The translations under genes were made by a program, and so were the position numbers. A stretch of 64,000 bases of DNA from an uncultured delta proteobacterium (GTDB taxonomy: Bacteria; Myxococcota_A; Polyangia; Palsa-1104): assembly GCA_963785725.1 (NCBI GenBank), contig CAWAWS010000013.1, positions 35,199 through 99,198 on the forward strand, in the 5' to 3' direction. The notes under the pieces are model-generated. The model did not search any database and was not told the DNA's origin. It saw nothing but the letters and a program-made list of their open reading frames with translations. Positions 41,896 to 51,647 of this stretch are shown piece after piece (within the stretch, counting starts at the first letter, position 1; the number at the start of each line of letters is the position of its first letter).

Positions 41896-42747
41896 CTAGG
41901 GCGTGACGTCGAGGATGAGGCCTTCGGACGCGACCAGCGTCGACAAGGCCGGCGCGTTCGTGCGCGACCACGCCCGCGCGTGCAAGCCGATGAGATCGAG
42001 CGCGTGATCGTCGCGCCACGGATCGTGATGGTGCAGCGCGATCGTGCGCACCTCGGCTTCGGCGGCGAGCTTGAGCGCGTCGTCGACGATCGAGTGGCCC
42101 CAGCCGCGCTTCTGCGGCAGATCCGCGGCCACGTATTGCGCGTCGTGAATGAGTAGGCCGCAGCCGTGCGCGAAGCGGGCCAATTCCGACGGCGTCGTCA
42201 CCATCAGCGGCGACGGCGCGAGCTCGTTGTCGGTCAAGTAGCACAAGCTGGCGCCGTCGGCGTCGTCGATGCGGAAGCCGTCGCAACCGCCGGGATGATT
42301 GAGCGGGATGGTACGGATGGTCGCCGAGCCGACGCGCATCGAGCTGCCGGCGAAGCGTGGTCGCTCGAGCCGCGCCGGAATGTCGGCCAGCCGCACCGGA
42401 AAATGCTCACCGTCGAAGAGCACGGCTTTGGCGATGCTGGCCTCGGCGCGCGGCGACAGCGCGTGCAGGATGACGTGCGCGTCTTTGCGGTAGATGGGCC
42501 CGAAGAACGGCGCGCCCATGATGTGATCCCAATGGCCGTGCGTGATGAACACGTGAATCGGCGACGGCAGCTCGGGCAACGCCAGCAAATCGTCGCCGAG
42601 CACGCGCGCGCCGGTGCCGATGTCGAGCATGATCTGCGTGTCGTCGGCCGTGCGCACGCTGACGCAGACCGTGTTGCCGCCGTAGCGCACCGTCGAAGGG
42701 CCCGGGGTCGCGATCGATCCGCGCACGCCGTAGAAGGTTACGCGCAT
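41896..42747 (-). CDS. MBL-fold metallo-hydrolase (RNase Z/phosphodiesterase-like)
   Basis: GVRGS...YGGNT.C, THGHWDH, LNHPG, TDNE, HDAQY, GWGHS, HHDP. Confidence 0.88.
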   Translation of the reverse strand: MRVTFYGVRGSIATPGPSTVRYGGNTVCVSVRTADDTQIMLDIGTGARVLGDDLLALPELPSPIHVFITHGHWDHIMGAPFFGPIYRKDAHVILHALSPRAEASIAKAVLFDGEHFPVRLADIPARLERPRFAGSSMRVGSATIRTIPLNHPGGCDGFRIDDADGASLCYLTDNELAPSPLMVTTPSELARFAHGCGLLIHDAQYVAADLPQKRGWGHSIVDDALKLAAEAEVRTIALHHHDPWRDDHALDLIGLHARAWSRTNAPALSTLVASEGLILDVTP

Positions 42748-42842
42748 CAGCGCCGCACGACGAGCGGCGCTGCCTTCCTTGCGCCGCCAGGCGAGGGCGA
42801 GGGCCGGAGTGGCTCGACAGGGAGCGCCATGGACCCACGATT

Positions 42843-43937
42843 CTATCGCAAAGAGGCGATGTCCGCGCGCGTCGTCAGCTCGGGAATGGGCAGGCCGGCG
42901 CGGGGCGAGCTGTCGGCGTCGAGGCCGAGCCAGAGGCGCAAGGTGGGCGCGATGTCGCACAAGCGGCGCTGGCCGGCGGCGGCGACGAGCCCGCGGGCGA
43001 CGATCGGCCCGCCGGCGGCGACGAGCCACACCGGCTGCGACTCCGGCTGACGGCCGTGATCGCGGAAGTTGGCCGCGCGGCCGTGGTCGGACGTGACGAC
43101 GACGAGCGTGCGACCGCCGTCGGCATCGAGCGCCGCCACTTCGGTCGCCAGCTGGCCGAGAAAATCGTCGACGGCGGCGAGCGCGGCGAAGTAGTCGGCG
43201 ACGCGACCGCGATGCGCCCATTCATCGGTGTCGCCGAGCGAGACGACGAACAGGTGCGGCTGGCGCGCGTGTAAGTAGGCGAGCGCGAGCGGCGCCGTGA
43301 CGGCGTCGGGGCGATAGTCGTCTTCGCCGGGAAATGACAGCGTCGCCTCGCCGCGCGCCAGCAGCGCCGTCGCCGCGTCGTCGACGGCAAAGCGGGCGCG
43401 CGTCGGGCCGCCGTGACGGCCGACGGACATCGCGACCGCCGTCGGATCGTTGGTCGCGGCGCGCTGCAGCGTCGGCCAGGACGCAATCAGCGCCACGTCG
43501 TCGCCGTGTAGGCCGAGCGCCGCGCGCGCGTCGTCGAGCAGCGACGGCTCGGCCAGCGGCGCGCACTCGTTGTCGGTGCAGCCGTTGCCGCGCCGGCCGG
43601 TCAGGATCTCGCGATAACCCGGCAGCGACACGAAGCGCGGACCCGACGCGACAATCGGCGCGCCATATCCGGGAGCGCCCAGCGCCACGCCGCGATCGAC
43701 GAGCCGCCACAGGTTCGGGAGCCGCTGGCGCGCGCCCTCGCCGAGCACGTCTTTGGCGCGCACGCCGTCGACGGTGACGAGGATGACGCGGTCGATCTGC
43801 GCCGGCTGCACCAGCCGCTCGGCGTTCGCGCTCGGCGTCGGCACCGGCGTCGCGTGGCGCGCCGCGACCGTCGTGCTGGCCGTGAGCGGCGGGCCGCAGC
43901 CGACGACGACGAGCCCCAAGCAAGCGAGGACGCGCAT
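42843..43937 (-). CDS. Alkaline phosphatase-superfamily lipoprotein
   Basis: Lipobox VVGC; LVTVDGVR, SLPGY.EILTG, DTDEWAH, TSDHGR. Confidence 0.8.
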   Translation of the reverse strand: MRVLACLGLVVVGCGPPLTASTTVAARHATPVPTPSANAERLVQPAQIDRVILVTVDGVRAKDVLGEGARQRLPNLWRLVDRGVALGAPGYGAPIVASGPRFVSLPGYREILTGRRGNGCTDNECAPLAEPSLLDDARAALGLHGDDVALIASWPTLQRAATNDPTAVAMSVGRHGGPTRARFAVDDAATALLARGEATLSFPGEDDYRPDAVTAPLALAYLHARQPHLFVVSLGDTDEWAHRGRVADYFAALAAVDDFLGQLATEVAALDADGGRTLVVVTSDHGRAANFRDHGRQPESQPVWLVAAGGPIVARGLVAAAGQRRLCDIAPTLRLWLGLDADSSPRAGLPIPELTTRADIASLR

Positions 43938-43977
43938 ACCAGAACTGTAATAATCCCGCGTATCAACCGCATGCCGC

Positions 43978-44079
43978 TCACGCGCCGGTCACGCGAAGAA
44001 TGGGCAACATCAGCGATAACGCAGGACAAAAGGCGTCACCCAAACGTCACCGTGTAGGCGTTCGTAGGCGTGCTACAAT
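43978..44079 (+). promoter_or_regulatory. Pho-box-like 11-bp-periodic direct repeats and -10 element upstream of ppk1
   Basis: TCACGCG at 43978/43989; CGTCACC at 44034/44045; TACAAT 44074-44079. Confidence 0.5.
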
Positions 44080-44090
44080 TTGCTGTTCAC

Positions 44091-46298
44091 ATGGATTCTT
44101 CCAATCCCGACGACCTGTTATCGCGGCGGGCCGACCACCTCAAGATAGTCAAGCCGGCCGCCGACGGATCTCACGTCGAGTCCGAGCCGCGGCTGTTCTT
44201 GAACCGCGAGCTGTCGTGGCTGGCCTTCAACGAGCGCGTGCTGGAAGAGGCGCGCGATCCGTCGCTGCCACTCTACGAACGGCTCAAGTTCCTCGGCATC
44301 GCCTCGTCCAACTTCGACGAATTCTTCATGATTCGCGTCGCCGGCATCAAGCAGCAGATCTTCGGCGGCGTCGTCGACACGCCGGCGGACGGCATGACCG
44401 CGGCCGAGCAGATGTTCGCGATCAGCGAGAAGGTGCACGCGCTCATCGCCGAGCAGGACCGCATCTGGCGCGAGCAGCTGTGCCCGCAGTTGGCCGCGGC
44501 CGGCGTCTCCGTCATCTCGCCCGACGCGTTTTCGCCCGAGCAGCGCACGTTCGCGCGCAATTACTTCGCGGTCAGCGTCTTTCCCGCGTTGACGCCGCTG
44601 GCGGTCGATCCCGGCCATCCGTTTCCGCATCTGCGCAATCGCTCGCTGAATCTGGCGGTCATCCTCGCCAAGTCGACGGGACGACGGCGCACGCGCACGC
44701 CGAAGGAGCAGCTGCTCGCCGTCGTGCAGGTGCCGATGGTGCTCGGACGCTTGGTGCGGCTGCCGTCGGAGCCAGGTAAACAGACGTTTACTTTGCTCGG
44801 CGATCTCATCAAGTCGCACGCCGGCGACCTCTTTCCCGGCTACGACGTCAAGCAGACGGCGATGTTCCGCGTCACGCGCAACTCCGACTTGCTCGTCGAC
44901 GACGAAGAGTCCGAAGACCTCTTGTCGACGATGCAGGAGGAGCTGCGCCGCCGCGAATTGGGCGCCGCCGTTCGCCTCGAGCTCGCGGCCGACGCGTCGC
45001 CCGATGTGGAGCGCTGGCTGACGGCGGCCTTGAAGGTCGAGCCGGCCGACATCTATCGCACGCACTCGCCGTTCCAGCTGCAAGACTTGGTGGCGCTCGA
45101 CAAATACGATCAGCGGCCGGAGCTGCGCGTCGAGCCGCTCGTGCCGGTGACGCCGCCGTCCTTGCGCGACTTGGAGACGCCGATCTTCGACGTCGTCAAG
45201 AAGGGCGACGTGCTCTTGCACCATCCGTACGAGTCGTACGATCCGATCGTGCGCTTCGTCGACGAGGCGGCCGACGACCCGAGCGTGCTGGCGCTCAAGA
45301 TGACGCTCTATCGCACGTCGGGCGGCGACTCGCCGTTCGTGCGCGCGCTGTCGCGAGCGGCGCAGAACGGCAAGCAGGTGGCGGCGCTGGTCGAGATCAA
45401 GGCGCGCTTCGACGAGGCCAACAACATCGCCTGGGCGCGACGGCTGGAAGAGAACGGCGTCCACGTCGTCTACGGCCTCATCGGCTACAAGACGCACTGC
45501 AAAGTGGCGCTGGTCGTGCGCCGCGAAGGCGAGACCATCCGTCGCTACGTTCACGTCGGCACCGGCAATTACCACCCGACGACGGCGCGGCAATACACCG
45601 ATCTCTCGCTGCTGACGGCGCGGCCCGAAGTCGCCGAGGACGCGTCGGCGCTGTTCAACTTCTTGACCGGCTATTCGGAGCCGCCGCATTGGAAGCGGTT
45701 CGCGGTGGCGCCGTTCGATCTGCAGGCGCAGATCATCGGTCACATCAACAAGCAGGCCGAGCGCGCCAAGCGGAACGAGCCGTCGCGCATCATCGCCAAG
45801 ATGAACTCGCTCGTCGATCCGGCGACCATTCGCGCGCTCTACGCGGCGTCGCAGGCGGGCGTCGAGATCGACCTGCTCGTGCGCGGCATTTGCTGCTTGC
45901 GCGCGGGCGTCAAAGGGCTGTCCGAGCGCATTCGCGTCACCAGCGTCGTCGATCGCTTCTTGGAGCACAGCCGCGTGTTCGCGTTCGGACCGGCCGAAGC
46001 GTGCGACATCTACATCGCGTCGGCGGATTGGATGCCGCGTAACTTCGTGCGGCGCATCGAGGTCATGTGCCCGATCGAAGATCTGGCGTTGAAGACGCGC
46101 CTCTTGAACGAGGTGCTGGGCACGGCGCTGCGCGACAACGTCAAGGCGCGCATTCTCCAAGCCGACGGCACCTACGCGCCGTCGCAGCGTCCCGGCCCGC
46201 CCGTGCGCTGCCAAATGGCGCTGCTCGAGCAGGCGCGCGGCACGGCGTCGCCGGCCACGCCGGCGCTGGAGCCGTCGACGATCCGCTCGATCAACTGA
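44091..46298 (+). CDS. ppk1: Polyphosphate kinase 1
   Basis: NRELSWLAFNERV, DEFFMIRVAG, HPFP, LHHPYES, TLYRT, ARFDE, KTHCK, GTGNY, DRFLEHSR, SADWM.RN. Confidence 0.97.
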   Translation: MDSSNPDDLLSRRADHLKIVKPAADGSHVESEPRLFLNRELSWLAFNERVLEEARDPSLPLYERLKFLGIASSNFDEFFMIRVAGIKQQIFGGVVDTPADGMTAAEQMFAISEKVHALIAEQDRIWREQLCPQLAAAGVSVISPDAFSPEQRTFARNYFAVSVFPALTPLAVDPGHPFPHLRNRSLNLAVILAKSTGRRRTRTPKEQLLAVVQVPMVLGRLVRLPSEPGKQTFTLLGDLIKSHAGDLFPGYDVKQTAMFRVTRNSDLLVDDEESEDLLSTMQEELRRRELGAAVRLELAADASPDVERWLTAALKVEPADIYRTHSPFQLQDLVALDKYDQRPELRVEPLVPVTPPSLRDLETPIFDVVKKGDVLLHHPYESYDPIVRFVDEAADDPSVLALKMTLYRTSGGDSPFVRALSRAAQNGKQVAALVEIKARFDEANNIAWARRLEENGVHVVYGLIGYKTHCKVALVVRREGETIRRYVHVGTGNYHPTTARQYTDLSLLTARPEVAEDASALFNFLTGYSEPPHWKRFAVAPFDLQAQIIGHINKQAERAKRNEPSRIIAKMNSLVDPATIRALYAASQAGVEIDLLVRGICCLRAGVKGLSERIRVTSVVDRFLEHSRVFAFGPAEACDIYIASADWMPRNFVRRIEVMCPIEDLALKTRLLNEVLGTALRDNVKARILQADGTYAPSQRPGPPVRCQMALLEQARGTASPATPALEPSTIRSIN

Positions 46299-46326
46299 TC
46301 GACTGAGTCCCTACTCCGACTAACGA

Positions 46327-46746
46327 TTACTGGATGTGATCGGCGACGCGTCGCATCGCCGCGTGCAGCAAGACGACGTCGGGCTCGGCCTGCAGAATCG
46401 CCAGATAGCGCGCGACGAAGCTCTCGGGCGGCGCTTCACCACCGTGGTCGGCGACGAGGTTCTTGAGCGTCGCGCGCACGGCGGCGGCGTCGGCGGCGGC
46501 GATCGGCTCCTTTTGGTCCGCCAGCTCGTCGATCTCGGCCATCAGCGCCGACATCGGATGCAGCCAGAGGAAGAAGGGATCGGTCGTCAGCAGCTGAAAC
46601 AGCTGCACCGGACCGCCGATGCGACCGTGCGTGCGCTCCCAGTCGGCTTGTACGACGTCGACCAGCGCTTTGTGCAACGGGCGCAGAGCGTGCGACAGAG
46701 CGTCGAGGCGGCGGCGGCGCTCGGCATCATCGATGGAGTCGACCAT
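46327..46746 (-). CDS. Hypothetical protein
   Basis: LHKALV...E..HG.I....QLL..DPFF.WLHPMS.L..EIDE pattern. Confidence 0.6.
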   Translation of the reverse strand: MVDSIDDAERRRRLDALSHALRPLHKALVDVVQADWERTHGRIGGPVQLFQLLTTDPFFLWLHPMSALMAEIDELADQKEPIAAADAAAVRATLKNLVADHGGEAPPESFVARYLAILQAEPDVVLLHAAMRRVADHIQ

Positions 46747-46798
46747 CGTTCGGGTGTAGCGATTGCGGCTGCCAACTTCAAGTCTTACGTTTCGTGGC

Positions 46799-47674
46799 AT
46801 GACACAAGCACGGCCGATAGCGAAGGTGATCGACTCCATCCGCACGCTCGAAGGAGCCGGTTTCGCGGTGCGCCGGCCGTTTCCGACGGCGTCGATCGAT
46901 CACCTCGATCCTTTCTTGTTGCTCGACGAAATGGGCCCGATGGAGCTCGGTCCCGGGCAAGCCGAGGGCGCGCCCGACCATCCCCATCGCGGCTTCGAGA
47001 CGGTGACCTATTTGCTCTCGGGCGAGTTCGTCCACGCCGATTCGCAAGGCAATTCCGGGCACCTCAAGGCCGGCGACGTGCAGTGGATGACGGCCGGCGA
47101 CGGCGTCGTGCACTCGGAGATGCCGGCGCAGGAGCTGCGTGACAAAGGCGGTCGGCTGCACGGCTTTCAGCTGTGGGTGAACTTGCCCAAGGCCGACAAG
47201 CGCATGCGCCCGCGTTATCAGGACGTGCCGGCGGCGCGCATTCCGGTGGCGACGAGCAGCGACGGCAAGACGACGGTGCGCGTCATCGCCGGCGAGTCGC
47301 TCGGTCACAAAGCCGTCATCGACACGCGCACGCCGATCTTTTACCTGCATTTTTCGCTGCAGCCGGGCGCGCGTCACGTGCAGGCGGCGCCGGCGAGCCA
47401 CAACGTCTTCGCCTACGTGCTCAAAGGTCGCATGCAGGCCGGCGGTCGCACGCTCGAGGACGGACAGATGGGCATCTTCGGCGCTGGCGACACCATCGAG
47501 CTCGGCGCCGACGAAGCGGCCGAAGTGCTGCTCATCGGCGGCGTGCCGCACAACGAGCCGGTCGCGCGCTATGGCCCGTTCGTCATGACGTCGAAAGAGG
47601 AGCTGATCGAGGCCTTCGCCGACTTCCGCTCGGGCAAGATGGGCAGCATCCCCGCCGAAATCGCCCGGCAATAA
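46799..47674 (+). CDS. Pirin family protein
   Basis: DPFLLLDE, PDHPHRGFETVTY, WMTAGDGVVHSE, QLWVNLP, YGPFVM. Confidence 0.95.
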   Translation: MTQARPIAKVIDSIRTLEGAGFAVRRPFPTASIDHLDPFLLLDEMGPMELGPGQAEGAPDHPHRGFETVTYLLSGEFVHADSQGNSGHLKAGDVQWMTAGDGVVHSEMPAQELRDKGGRLHGFQLWVNLPKADKRMRPRYQDVPAARIPVATSSDGKTTVRVIAGESLGHKAVIDTRTPIFYLHFSLQPGARHVQAAPASHNVFAYVLKGRMQAGGRTLEDGQMGIFGAGDTIELGADEAAEVLLIGGVPHNEPVARYGPFVMTSKEELIEAFADFRSGKMGSIPAEIARQ

Positions 47675-47771
47675 ACGGTGACCACCGCAACCGGCTGATC
47701 TTGCTATGCTTACATCGAACGCTCGGTAACGGCGCGCGATCGTAACGCTGTACTCTCGCCGCCGATTGGCC

Positions 47772-47796
47772 GAACCTCGGTCATTCTTTGGTGTTT
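47772..47796 (+). promoter_or_regulatory. Putative ECF promoter GAAC-N17-GTT
   Basis: AAC 47773-47775 and GTT 47793-47795, 10 nt before ATG 47806. Confidence 0.5.
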
Positions 47797-47805
47797 CACT
47801 CGAAC

Positions 47806-48351
47806 ATGGAGTCGGACGAAGCACTCTTCGAGCGTATTCGCCGCGGCGAGCTGCCCGCGTTCGATGCGTTGTACGTGCGCTGGGAGCGACGGCTCTATGG
47901 CTTCATTCGCGGCTATCTCGACGACGCCGCCGAAGCGGAAGACGTCTTTCACGAAATTTTCATGACGGTTTTGCGCGCGCCGGCGGACTTCGCGCGCGGC
48001 AGCTTCAAGGCGTGGGTGCTGCAGGTCGCGCGCAACGCCTGTCTCAACCGGCTGCGCTCGCGGCGGCGCGGCGACGCGGCGCGGGCGCGCCAGGCGGAAG
48101 ACATCGAGCGCGTGAGCCTGCCGGTGGCGATCGACAACATCGCCGGCCGCGAGGCGCGGCACGCGCTCGACGAAGCGGTCACCCGCCTGCCGCGCAGCTT
48201 GGGCGAGGTCTATCGGCTGCGCGCGAACGGGTTGTCGTACGAAGAGATGGCGAACGTGCTCGGCGTGCCGCTCGGAACCGTGAAGTCGCGGATGCACGAG
48301 ATGGTGGCGCAGCTGAAGAAGGAGATGCAGGCGTGGACTGCAAGCGAGTAG
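47806..48351 (+). CDS. ECF RNA polymerase sigma factor
   Basis: AEDVFHEIF, FKAWVLQVARN, GLSYEEMA.VLGVPLGTVKSRMH. Confidence 0.92.
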   Translation: MESDEALFERIRRGELPAFDALYVRWERRLYGFIRGYLDDAAEAEDVFHEIFMTVLRAPADFARGSFKAWVLQVARNACLNRLRSRRRGDAARARQAEDIERVSLPVAIDNIAGREARHALDEAVTRLPRSLGEVYRLRANGLSYEEMANVLGVPLGTVKSRMHEMVAQLKKEMQAWTASE

Positions 48352-48797
48352 ACGAGGAGCTGGTGGCGTTCCACCTGTCGGCGCTCGACGGGCCGACGCG
48401 CGCAGGCGTGGAGGCGCATTTGTGCGGCTGTGGCCGCTGCGTGGGCGCCTATTTGATGTTGAAGCGCGCCATCGACGCCGGAGAAGACGCGCCGGCGCCG
48501 TCGGACCTCTTGCGGGCGCGGGTGATGCGCGCGGCGGCGAGCGAGCTCATGCCGGCGACGCGCGCACCGCAGCGACGGTGGATGGCGTGGTCGGCGACGG
48601 CGGCGGCGGCGGCGCTGCTCATCGCGGCGCCGTTCGTTTATCGCGCGGGCGTGCAAAAAGGCGCGAGCACGGTCGAGCTGGCGACGCCGATGACGCCGCC
48701 CTTGCAAGTGGTTCCCGTGAGCACGCGGCCGCGGCTCGAGTCGCCCGACTCGATCGATACGGCGCGGGCGACGCCCGAGAATTTGCACTTCTTGTAG
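48333..48797 (+). CDS. Zinc-binding anti-sigma factor (zf-HC2)
   Basis: VEAHLCGCGRC (HxxxCxxC); single TM. Confidence 0.82.
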   Translation: MDCKRVDEELVAFHLSALDGPTRAGVEAHLCGCGRCVGAYLMLKRAIDAGEDAPAPSDLLRARVMRAAASELMPATRAPQRRWMAWSATAAAAALLIAAPFVYRAGVQKGASTVELATPMTPPLQVVPVSTRPRLESPDSIDTARATPENLHFL

Positions 48798-48815
48798 TAG
48801 CCCCAAGCGGAGACG

Positions 48816-50003
48816 ATGCAGCCCAGGATGTGGAAATCTGTCGCGATTCTTTTGCCGTGCGCGGCGCTCACGCTGATCGCGCTGCCGGCGCGGTCCGATG
48901 ACAACTTTGCCGACGGTGAGAAGGCGTTTCGCGAGGTGCGCGATCTGCTCGCGCACGACTACGTCGACGAGAAGCTGACCGACGACAAGCTGTGGCGCGC
49001 AGCCACCGAAGGCCTGCTCGTCGGCGATGGCAACGGCAAGTGGGACAAGCTGATGTCGCCGACGGAGTTGGCGGAGCTGAAGTCCGACATGGCCGGCGAG
49101 ATGGTCGGGCTCGGCATTCAGATGACGGCCGATGAAGCGGCGGGCGTCGTGACGATCGAGCGCGTCATTCCCAACACGGCGGCGGCGAAGGCGGGCTTGA
49201 TCGCCGGCGATCAGATCTTGAAGGTCGACGGACGGCCGGTGCGCGGCATCGAGGAGAAGACCGTCGCGCGCTCGATTCGCGGGCCGGCCGGGACGAACGT
49301 GACGCTGACCGTCTTGCGCGACACGCAGATCTTCACGCGCACGGTCAAGCGGGCGAAGTTCGTGTTCGAGCCGGTGACGCAGCTGACGCTGCCCAACGGC
49401 GTGGCGCTGGTGCAGGTGCGCATGTTCAGCGACAAGACGCCGCAGCTCGTGCGATCGGCGCTCGAGAAGGCGCGCGCGCAAGGGCTGAAGACGCTCATCC
49501 TCGACTTGCGCGACAATCCGGGCGGGCTCTTCGAGCGCATGGTCGACTGCGCCGGGCTCGTCTTGCCGCGCAACGCGCTGGTGGTGACGGCGCAGCATCG
49601 CGGCGGCAAGAGCGACGAGATCCGCACGTCGACGGAGCCGGTGGTCAGCGGCGTGCCGGTGGCGGTGCTGGTCAACGGCGATACGGCGTCGAGCGCCGAG
49701 ATGCTCGCCGGCGCGATGCAGGCGGCGGGCGCGCGCGTCGTCGGCAAGCGGACGATGGGCAAGTGGAACGCGCAGCGGCTGGCCGAGCTGAGCAATGGCT
49801 GGGCGGCGAAGCTGACGGTGGCGTGGTTCCGGCCGCCGTCGGGCGCGATGCTCGACGGCAAAGGGCTCGAGCCCGACGTCGAGGTCGAGATGAGCCCGAA
49901 GGAGACGACGCGCATCGTGCTCATGCGCGACGCCGAGAAGCGGCTGGCGGCGGATTCGCAGCTGCGCGCGGCGGTCAATCTGCTGAAGCTGTCGCGCCCG
50001 TAA
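48816..50003 (+). CDS. S41 C-terminal processing peptidase (PDZ + catalytic domain)
   Basis: GLGI PDZ loop, LDLRDNPGG, TASSAE, G.RTMGK. Confidence 0.9.
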   Translation: MQPRMWKSVAILLPCAALTLIALPARSDDNFADGEKAFREVRDLLAHDYVDEKLTDDKLWRAATEGLLVGDGNGKWDKLMSPTELAELKSDMAGEMVGLGIQMTADEAAGVVTIERVIPNTAAAKAGLIAGDQILKVDGRPVRGIEEKTVARSIRGPAGTNVTLTVLRDTQIFTRTVKRAKFVFEPVTQLTLPNGVALVQVRMFSDKTPQLVRSALEKARAQGLKTLILDLRDNPGGLFERMVDCAGLVLPRNALVVTAQHRGGKSDEIRTSTEPVVSGVPVAVLVNGDTASSAEMLAGAMQAAGARVVGKRTMGKWNAQRLAELSNGWAAKLTVAWFRPPSGAMLDGKGLEPDVEVEMSPKETTRIVLMRDAEKRLAADSQLRAAVNLLKLSRP

Positions 50004-50006
50004 GCG

Positions 50007-50711
50007 TTACGCCGGATCCAACGGCGCTTTGTCGCGCGGGCGGGCGACGCGAATGATGGGCGCGCCGAGCGCCGCCAGCTTGTGCGGCTTGCCGTCGCCG
50101 TGGAGCTCGACGCGCAGGCAGCCCTTCGACGGCACGCCGTAGCCGATCGTCTTCTCGCCTTTGGCGTTCAAGAGCGCGATGAGCACGCGCAGCTCGCTCC
50201 AGTCGTCGGCTTCGGAGTGCGCGTCCATGTGCACGGGCACGATGCCGAGGCAGGCGAAGGGCTCGGCGCGCGTGTCGTCGTCGTCGGGAAAGCGCACCCA
50301 CGAGTGGCACGTCATGATCGAGCCGGCGCTGATGCCGACGAACGGCCGGCCGGCGGCGGCGAGGCCGCGCAGGTCGTCACTGACGCCGCGATCGTCGAGG
50401 ATCTTCATGCCGTGCTCGACGTCGCCGCCGCTCATGAAGACGACGTCACAGTCGTGCAAGAGCTGGCGCGCGGCCGAGACTTTGGCGTTCTTGCGCGCCA
50501 GGTTGACGGGCTCGATGCGCGCGCCGGTGCCGAGAAAGAGCGCGCCCAGCATCTTGCGGAAGCCGACGTTGTCGTTGCTGGCGGCGCCGACGTAGGCGAC
50601 GAGCGGCTTCTTGATCGAGAGCGATTTGACGGCCTCTTTGATGTGCCGGCGCGTGGCGGCGAAGGCGGCGGCGGTGGGCCCGCCGCCGATGAGGTGCACG
50701 GTCGTCGTCAT
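50007..50711 (-). CDS. Peptidase S51 (dipeptidase E/cyanophycinase-like)
   Basis: LIGGG, FMSGGD, GISAG nucleophile elbow, DAH. Confidence 0.8.
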   Translation of the reverse strand: MTTTVHLIGGGPTAAAFAATRRHIKEAVKSLSIKKPLVAYVGAASNDNVGFRKMLGALFLGTGARIEPVNLARKNAKVSAARQLLHDCDVVFMSGGDVEHGMKILDDRGVSDDLRGLAAAGRPFVGISAGSIMTCHSWVRFPDDDDTRAEPFACLGIVPVHMDAHSEADDWSELRVLIALLNAKGEKTIGYGVPSKGCLRVELHGDGKPHKLAALGAPIIRVARPRDKAPLDPA

Positions 50712-50727
50712 GCGCGCCACGATATCA

Positions 50728-51645
50728 TCATGCGCGCACGGCGGCATCGGGCGGCGCCGCGCGCGCCACGACGTCGCGGATCGCCGCCGCCAGCTCGTCC
50801 GGCACCTCTTCTTGCAGGAAATGGCCGGCTTGCGTGCGCGTCACGGTCGCCTGCGGCAAATGGCGCTCGAGGAAGCCGAGGACGCGGCCGAGCACCGGAT
50901 CGCGCGTGCCCCACACGAGCGCGATCGGCCCGGCGAAGCCGTCGACGAAGGCTTGGCAGCGCTGCAACATCGCGATCGACGGATGACGGGGCGAGTCGGG
51001 CACGGCGCGGGCGAGCGCCAGCGGCGCCACGCGGTCGGCGACGCGACGCAGCGGCCAGCGATAGGCGCGCGCGACGTCGCCGGCGATGCTGCGCCGATCG
51101 CCCTGCGCGAACGCCATCGCGTTCTGCGGAAAACCCGCGCGAAACACCAGATCCGCGAGCAGCGGCAGGCGCGCGAAGCGATGGAACAGCGTCGGACGAA
51201 AGCCCGGACGCGGCGGCCCGATGACGGTGTTGGCGAGCACGAGGCCGAGCGCGCGCTCGGGATGGTCGGCCAGCGCGCCGAGCCCAATCGGGCCGCCCCA
51301 ATCTTGCGCGACGAGGACGAAGCGATCGAGGCCCAGCCGGTCGACGAGCGCGTTGAGCCAGCGGGCGTGCTGCGCGATCGTGTGGCGCGTCGGATCGCGC
51401 GGCTTGTCCGACAGGCCGAGGCCGATGAGATCGGGCATGACGAGCCGCAGCGGCGCGTCGGCGAGCCTAAGGGCGACCTTGCGCCACAAGAAGCTCCAGC
51501 TCGGATTGCCGTGCAGAAGCAGCACCGGCAGACCGCTGCCCTGCTCCATCACGTGCATGCGCAGCCCGTCGCCGACGTCGATGAGGGCGCGGCGAAACGG
51601 CAGCTCGCGGGCGAGCCACGGCGGCAACAGCGGCGCGGTCGCCAT
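50728..51645 (-). CDS. Alpha/beta hydrolase (haloalkane dehalogenase/OleB-like)
   Basis: LHGNPSWSFLW, PDLIGLGLSD, QDWGG, WGTRD, AGHFLQE. Confidence 0.88.
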   Translation of the reverse strand: MATAPLLPPWLARELPFRRALIDVGDGLRMHVMEQGSGLPVLLLHGNPSWSFLWRKVALRLADAPLRLVMPDLIGLGLSDKPRDPTRHTIAQHARWLNALVDRLGLDRFVLVAQDWGGPIGLGALADHPERALGLVLANTVIGPPRPGFRPTLFHRFARLPLLADLVFRAGFPQNAMAFAQGDRRSIAGDVARAYRWPLRRVADRVAPLALARAVPDSPRHPSIAMLQRCQAFVDGFAGPIALVWGTRDPVLGRVLGFLERHLPQATVTRTQAGHFLQEEVPDELAAAIRDVVARAAPPDAAVRA

Positions 51646-51647
51646 CG

